Below the pieces are notes generated by a model that saw only the letters and a program-made list of their open reading frames with translations, ran no database searches and was not told the DNA's origin. A stretch of DNA of 32,000 nt from Clostridiales bacterium (GTDB lineage Bacteria; Bacillota; Clostridia; Clostridiales; Clostridiaceae), in assembly GCA_017889345.1 (NCBI GenBank), contig JAGHEJ010000039.1, positions 2,147 to 34,146 on the forward strand, given 5' to 3'. Of the stretch, positions 27,496 through 32,000 are shown one piece after another; position 1 is the first letter of the stretch; each line of letters opens with the position of its first letter. A program made the translations under genes and the position numbers.

Positions 27496-27837
27496 TTACA
27501 TAAAACTTTCTATTCCAAAAGCTTTATTTAATATTTTCATTATATCATCAACAATAATCCCAACTCTTTGTTCATATTGTACATACTCTGCTACAACTGG
27601 ATCTACCATAACTTTTTGAGAAACTTGCCTAAATTTATCTTGAGTTTCTTGCGATAAATTTCCACTTGCACGCTGCTCATTAAAAACTAAAAATTGTACT
27701 TCTCTTAGTTCTTTTAATAATGCTTTTAATTTATCATCATTATTAATAGTTTGATTAAGTTCCTTTAATTTTTTTACTTCCTCAATTTCTGTAATAACTT
27801 TGGCTAATTCGTGAGCCTTATCATGAACATTAACCAT
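27496..27837 (-). CDS. YlbF/YmcA (Com_YlbF) family regulator-like protein
   Basis: It is a 113-aa helical protein. The N-terminal ..HDKAHELAKVITEIEEVKKLKEL...NDDKLKALL.. pattern resembles the YlbF/YmcA family. The SD is GGAGAGGAG. Confidence 0.55.
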   Translation of the reverse strand: MVNVHDKAHELAKVITEIEEVKKLKELNQTINNDDKLKALLKELREVQFLVFNEQRASGNLSQETQDKFRQVSQKVMVDPVVAEYVQYEQRVGIIVDDIMKILNKAFGIESFM

Positions 27838-27874
27838 AATATAAATCTCCTCTCCATCTAGTTAAGATAAATTT

Positions 27875-29650
27875 TTATATTTCCATTATAATCGGTAAAA
27901 TCATCGGACGTCTCTTCGTTTTCTCATACAAGAAATTTCTGAGTCTATCTTTAATATTTGATTTTAATGTTGACCAATCGGTTATTCCGTCCTCTTCACA
28001 ATCACGCAAAATTTCTTTTACAATATCTCTTATATTTTCAATAAGTCTCTCAGATTCACGTACATAAACAAATCCTCTTGAAATTATATCTGGACCTGCT
28101 ATTATGCTTCCAGTCTGACTATCAATAGTAACAACAACTGTTAAAACTCCATCTTGTGATAAATGTTTTCTATCTTTTAAAACAATATTTCCTACATCTC
28201 CAACACCTAAACCATCAACAAATATTTGACCTGATGGAACTGTACCTACTTTTGTTATAGAATTCTTTCTAATTTCTACAACTTCTCCACATTCCATAAT
28301 CATCATATTTTTCCTATCTATCCCAAGACTTGCTGCTAAATCTACGTGTTGTTTTAAATGTCTAAACTCTCCGTGTATTGGAATAAAAAATTTTGGTTTT
28401 GCAAGAGCAAGCATCAACTTTAATTCTTCTTGACAAGCGTGTCCTGAAACGTGAACTTTAGCTAACGATTCATAAATAACCTCTGCTCCACTTTTGAAAA
28501 GTTTGTTTATAACTTTTGATACGAGTTTTTCATTTCCTGGAATTGGTGTTGCAGATAATATAACAGTATCTCCTTGTGCAATCGAAACTTTCTTATGATC
28601 ACCTGATGCCATTCTTGCAAGGGCAGACATTGGTTCACCTTGAGTACCTGTTGTTATTATAACAATTTTTTCTGGTGCCCATCTATTAATTTCATCAATT
28701 CCGATTAATACGTTCTCATCAAATTGAATGTATCCAAGTTCTTTCGCTACTCCTGTAATATTTTCCATGCTTCTGCCTGATATAGCAACTTTCCTTCCAT
28801 ACATAGCAGCAGCATTTATAATTTGTTGTATTCTATGAACATTTGAAGCAAATGTCGCAACAATAATTCTTGACTTTGCTTTTCCAAAAATATCTTCAAA
28901 AGTTTTTCCGATTACTTTTTCAGAAATTGTATATCCTGGTTTCTCAACATTTGTACTTTCACCAAGCATACAGATAATTCCTTTTTTACCAAGCTCAGCA
29001 ATTCTTCCAAGATCAGCAATTTCTCCATCAATTGGCGTAAAGTCTATTTTAAAATCTCCAGTGTGAAATATTATTCCAATCGGCGTATGTATCGCTATAG
29101 AAACAGCATCTGCTATGCTGTGATTATTTTTTATAAATTCCATTGTTACACTACCAATTTTAACAATGTCTTTTGGCTTTACGACATTTAATTCAGCATA
29201 ATCAATATAATGCTCTTTTAATTTTACAGATAATATTCCAAGAGTCAATTTCGTTCCAAACACTGGAACATTTAATTGCTTTAAAATGTATGGCAACGCT
29301 CCTAAATGATCCTCATGACCATGAGTTAAAAATATCCCTCTAACTTTATCTTTATTTTTCACTAGATATGTTATATCAGGTATAACAAGATCTATACCAA
29401 ACATATCATCATCTGGAAACTTAAGTCCACAATCAATTACAAAAATATCATTTTTATATTCTATCGCTGTGATATTTTTTCCGACTTCATTTAATCCACC
29501 AAGAGGTATAATTTTTATAGCATTATTATCTCTTCTTTGTGCCCTCTCTTTTTTAAAAGTATTTTGCTCTCTTTTTGAATTGTTCACTCTCTTATTAGAA
29601 TTATTTTTAGAATCAACAACTTCTTTTTTTGACTCTAACTTCAAATCCAT
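27875..29650 (-). CDS. rnj: Ribonuclease J (beta-CASP metallo-beta-lactamase RNase)
   Basis: It has ..IIPLGGLNEVGKN.., the HGHEDHLGALPY motif, and a beta-CASP region with ..VHVSGHACQEEL... A Lys/Asn-rich extension of about 45 aa sits at the N-terminus. Confidence 0.94.
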   Translation of the reverse strand: MDLKLESKKEVVDSKNNSNKRVNNSKREQNTFKKERAQRRDNNAIKIIPLGGLNEVGKNITAIEYKNDIFVIDCGLKFPDDDMFGIDLVIPDITYLVKNKDKVRGIFLTHGHEDHLGALPYILKQLNVPVFGTKLTLGILSVKLKEHYIDYAELNVVKPKDIVKIGSVTMEFIKNNHSIADAVSIAIHTPIGIIFHTGDFKIDFTPIDGEIADLGRIAELGKKGIICMLGESTNVEKPGYTISEKVIGKTFEDIFGKAKSRIIVATFASNVHRIQQIINAAAMYGRKVAISGRSMENITGVAKELGYIQFDENVLIGIDEINRWAPEKIVIITTGTQGEPMSALARMASGDHKKVSIAQGDTVILSATPIPGNEKLVSKVINKLFKSGAEVIYESLAKVHVSGHACQEELKLMLALAKPKFFIPIHGEFRHLKQHVDLAASLGIDRKNMMIMECGEVVEIRKNSITKVGTVPSGQIFVDGLGVGDVGNIVLKDRKHLSQDGVLTVVVTIDSQTGSIIAGPDIISRGFVYVRESERLIENIRDIVKEILRDCEEDGITDWSTLKSNIKDRLRNFLYEKTKRRPMILPIIMEI

Positions 29651-29665
29651 TATTTAATAAACCTC

Positions 29666-30115
29666 CTATTGATTTTCACATTTACTGCAGATTCCTAAAA
29701 TTTTCAAATTATGATCAAGTATCTTAAAATTAAATTTATCTTCAACTCTCTTTTCAAGTTCTTCTAACAAATCTTCTTCAACTTCCATAATTTTATTGCA
29801 CTTAACACAAATTAAATGGTGATGCGTGTGTCTTTCATCAAAAGAAGATAACTCATATCTAATTATTCTATCATCAAAAATAAGTTTGCTAATAACCCCT
29901 AGTTCTTCGAATAATAATATTGTTCTATAAACTGTCGCAATTCCTACAGTATTATTTTTTTCATACACATACTTATAGATTTCATCTACCGTTAAATGTT
30001 TATCTCTATTTTCAATTATTATATTTAAAATACATTCTCTCTGAGCTGTTAGTTTGTAACCCTTTGATTTTAGATATATTTTTATCTCTTCAATATCTTT
30101 TAAATTTTTTTGCAT
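29666..30115 (-). CDS. fur: Fur-family metalloregulator (closest in my reading to Fur proper)
   Basis: It has a winged helix ..LTAQRECIL.. and ..HTHHHLICVKCNKIMEVEEDLLEELE...FKILDHNLKILGICSKC.. (two CxxC pairs). This resembles the B. subtilis Fur C-terminus more than PerR or Zur. Confidence 0.75.
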   Translation of the reverse strand: MQKNLKDIEEIKIYLKSKGYKLTAQRECILNIIIENRDKHLTVDEIYKYVYEKNNTVGIATVYRTILLFEELGVISKLIFDDRIIRYELSSFDERHTHHHLICVKCNKIMEVEEDLLEELEKRVEDKFNFKILDHNLKILGICSKCENQ

Positions 30116-30156
30116 TAAAACTACTCCTTAGATTTTGAATCTAAATTTGTATTATA

Positions 30157-30570
30157 TTATTTGTTAGACATATTCAAATAATCCTGCAAAATTATTTGAG
30201 CTGCTATTTTATCAACAATATTTCTACGCTTCTTTCTTGACATATCTGCTTCTAACATAAAATTATTTGCTAAAACCGTAGTTAATCTTTCATCTATAAA
30301 TTCGATTTCAATTCCGTCTTGTAAAACTTGTTTTAAATCATCACAAAATTTTATAACTTTTTCTCCTTGAAAACCTATACTTCCATTCATATTTTTTGGA
30401 AGACCAACAACAACTTTAAATACAGAATGCTCTTTTATCAAATTATTTATGTACTCAATATCCCTATCATCTTCTACACGTTTATAGGTACATAATCCTT
30501 GAGCAATTATTCCCGAACTTATAGCGATACCAATATTTCTATCACCAATATCTAGCCCCATATATTTCAT
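30157..30570 (-). CDS. ruvX: YqgF/RuvX putative pre-16S rRNA nuclease
   Basis: It has ..MGLDIGDRNIGIA.., ..VVGLPKNMNGS.. and ..DERLTT... It is about 137 aa. Confidence 0.92.
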   Translation of the reverse strand: MKYMGLDIGDRNIGIAISSGIIAQGLCTYKRVEDDRDIEYINNLIKEHSVFKVVVGLPKNMNGSIGFQGEKVIKFCDDLKQVLQDGIEIEFIDERLTTVLANNFMLEADMSRKKRRNIVDKIAAQIILQDYLNMSNK

Positions 30571-30586
30571 AATAAAACCTCTGATT

Positions 30587-30629
30587 TTAAAAATAAAAAT
30601 CCAAGTAAGCGAACATGCAAACTTGGATA
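30587..30629 (-). terminator. Rho-independent terminator after ireB
   Basis: The stem pairs atccaagt (30599-30606) with acttggat (30621-30628) around a 14-nt loop. The minus-strand RNA continues with ttttattttt. Confidence 0.6.
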
Positions 30630-30635
30630 AATTAA

Positions 30636-30911
30636 TTACTTTTCTAAGTAAGTTTTCAACACTTCTTCTAATATCTCATCACGTTCAAGTTTACTTATTA
30701 ATGCTCTGGCTCCATTATAATTAGTGATATAAGTCGGATCACCTGATATAAGATAGCCTACCAATTGATTAATGGGTTTATACCCTTTTTCCTCTAAAGA
30801 ACGATATACTTCTTGTAAAATTTCTTTAGTATTTTGTTCCTTTAAACATTCTTCTTGTTTTTCAACTAAATCCCGATCATATTTTATATACATTGTAAAA
30901 TCTTTCTTCAT
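30636..30911 (-). CDS. ireB: IreB/YrzL family (UPF0297, DUF965) regulatory phosphoprotein
   Basis: It has ..[49 protein letters not shown]... This is near-colinear with B. subtilis YrzL, and it lies between alaS and ruvX as in Bacillus. Confidence 0.9.
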   Translation of the reverse strand: MKKDFTMYIKYDRDLVEKQEECLKEQNTKEILQEVYRSLEEKGYKPINQLVGYLISGDPTYITNYNGARALISKLERDEILEEVLKTYLEK

Positions 30912-30999
30912 AATATCTACGACTTATTAAAAGTCACACGCACCTCCTCTTTCGGAGTCGTCTTAAGCTAATTATATAACAATAATTATCATTTGGCAA

Positions 31000-32000
31000 T
31001 TAAATAATTTCGTGTACTTTCTCAAGAGCTTCGCCTATTTTTGATATATTTGTTACAGATCCTTGTGCCATATCTTTACGACCTCCGCCATTACCATCAG
31101 CATATTTTAAAGACTCTCTAATTATTTTTCCACAATCTAATCCTTTTTCTACTGCACTTTTACTTGCCATACAAACAACATTTGCCTTTTCATTAATTAT
31201 TGACGCAACTATTACTATTCCACAATCTAATTTATCCTTAATCCTCGAACATATATCTCTTAATTGTTGAACTTCAATATCTTCAAAAACTTTTGCTACA
31301 ACTTTAACTCCATTTTTCTCTTTAGCATTTGCAATTATATGGTCTAAAACTTTTAATTTATTACTTGCCATTTGAGATTTAAGAGTTAATATTTCAGAAT
31401 TTTTAGTTTTAAGTTCGCTGATTAAATTCTTAACTTTGTTTAATATATCATTTTGTGAAGTTGCCTTAATATTGCTCGATACCTCATTTAAAATATTTCT
31501 ATTTTCTCTAAAAATATCAAACACATTGCTTCCTGTTGTAGCTTCAATTCTTCTAACACCTGAAGAAACAGAAGTTTCATTAAGTATTACAAAATTTCCA
31601 ATAAATCCTGTGTTAGATACATGAGTTCCTCCACACAATTCTATACTAAAATCTCCAACAAATAAAACCCTAACTTCATCATCATATTTCTCATCAAATA
31701 AAGCAATTGCACCACTTTCTTGTGCTGATTTTATATCCATGATTTCAGTTTTAACATTTATTTGGTTATATATACATTCATTTACAATTTTTTCAACTTT
31801 CTCTAACTCATCTTTAGTCAAAGCTTTAAAATGCGTAAAATCAAATCTTAATTTTTGATCATCTAAGTAAGAACCTGATTGCTTAACATGATCTCCAAGA
31901 ACTATTCTTAAAGCTTTTTGTAATAAATGTGTTGCAGTATGATTTCTACAAATTGATTTTCTTTTTAAAGAATCAACATTTAACTCAACAATTTCTCCTT
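31000..32000 (-). CDS. alaS: Alanine--tRNA ligase, C-terminal part (5' end lies outside the window)
   Basis: The frame is open to the window edge. Beyond the track's Met it translates as ..CRNHTATHLLQKALRIVLGDHVKQSGSYLDDQKLRFDFTHFKALTKDE.. (editing domain HxxxH), then ..CGGTHV.. and a DHHA1-like tail ..GGGRKDMAQG... Confidence 0.95.
   Translation of the reverse strand, partial: GEIVELNVDSLKRKSICRNHTATHLLQKALRIVLGDHVKQSGSYLDDQKLRFDFTHFKALTKDELEKVEKIVNECIYNQINVKTEIMDIKSAQESGAIALFDEKYDDEVRVLFVGDFSIELCGGTHVSNTGFIGNFVILNETSVSSGVRRIEATTGSNVFDIFRENRNILNEVSSNIKATSQNDILNKVKNLISELKTKNSEILTLKSQMASNKLKVLDHIIANAKEKNGVKVVAKVFEDIEVQQLRDICSRIKDKLDCGIVIVASIINEKANVVCMASKSAVEKGLDCGKIIRESLKYADGNGGGRKDMAQGSVTNISKIGEALEKVHEII

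Noticed and set aside
27313-27531. 72-aa plus-strand ORF in the ylbF-mltG intergenic region
   Set aside because: It has no SD. It runs through the minus-strand terminator and promoter of the neighbouring genes and overlaps the 3' end of the ylbF-like gene. Its sequence is low-complexity with no recognisable motif.
327-31624. Twenty-two short ORFs (60-110 aa) in the track that lie antisense to, or out of frame within, well-supported genes. They are 327-539, 424-615, 2456-2638, 4091-4339, 4647-4835, 8251-8571, 11185-11373, 12447-12698, 13757-14038, 14798-15130, 14845-15036, 16573-16770, 16906-17094, 17846-18067, 18656-18886, 22279-22509, 22739-23056, 24821-25150, 25322-25507, 29469-29657, 29920-30138 and 31436-31624.
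   Set aside because: Each is fully or mostly embedded in a gene with strong family-level identity. None has an SD. Their compositions are low-complexity (F/L/I/S-rich), as expected from reading AT-rich coding DNA in the wrong frame.
1-32000. CRISPR arrays, tRNA or rRNA genes, IS elements, integrases, and toxin-antitoxin or restriction-modification genes
   Set aside because: No regularly spaced repeats, no GC-rich tRNA-like islands, no terminal inverted repeats and no transposase- or integrase-like ORFs were seen. All ORFs over 85 aa that are not embedded in or overlapping annotated genes are accounted for, nearly all of them by recognisable gene families.

Overview
This is a very AT-rich window from an endospore-forming Firmicute. 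The gene order sigK / pilT-like / ftsZ / spoIIGA-sigE-sigG looks Clostridiaceae-like; that placement is inference from synteny I remember, not a search result. Almost everything is conserved core genome, and nearly all genes lie on the minus strand. Reading the minus strand from the high-coordinate end, the units separated by rho-independent terminators are: alaS (5' end cut by the window) and ireB; ruvX-fur-rnj-ylbF-like; mltG; trmR-like O-methyltransferase plus U32 peptidase; class B PBP plus sigK; pilT-like, GT2 synthase and ftsZ; spoIIGA-sigE-sigG; then a Zn/Cd-type P1B ATPase on the plus strand; ylmC-pgeF-phoP-phoR; pstSCAB-phoU; der-gpsA; spoIVA; and a small DUF4180 / split DUF4405 pair. 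I saw no rRNA, tRNA, CRISPR array, IS element, integrase or phage gene. I do not see a clear novel defence or mobile system. The most unusual region is about 17.7-21.8 kb. There a PilT-family gene has substitutions at the conserved Walker A, Walker B and His-box positions. It lies in one terminator-bounded block with an orphan processive GT2 synthase and with an ftsZ that has no adjacent ftsA. All product calls rest on motif recognition and remembered homolog sequences. No BLAST or HMM search was possible.
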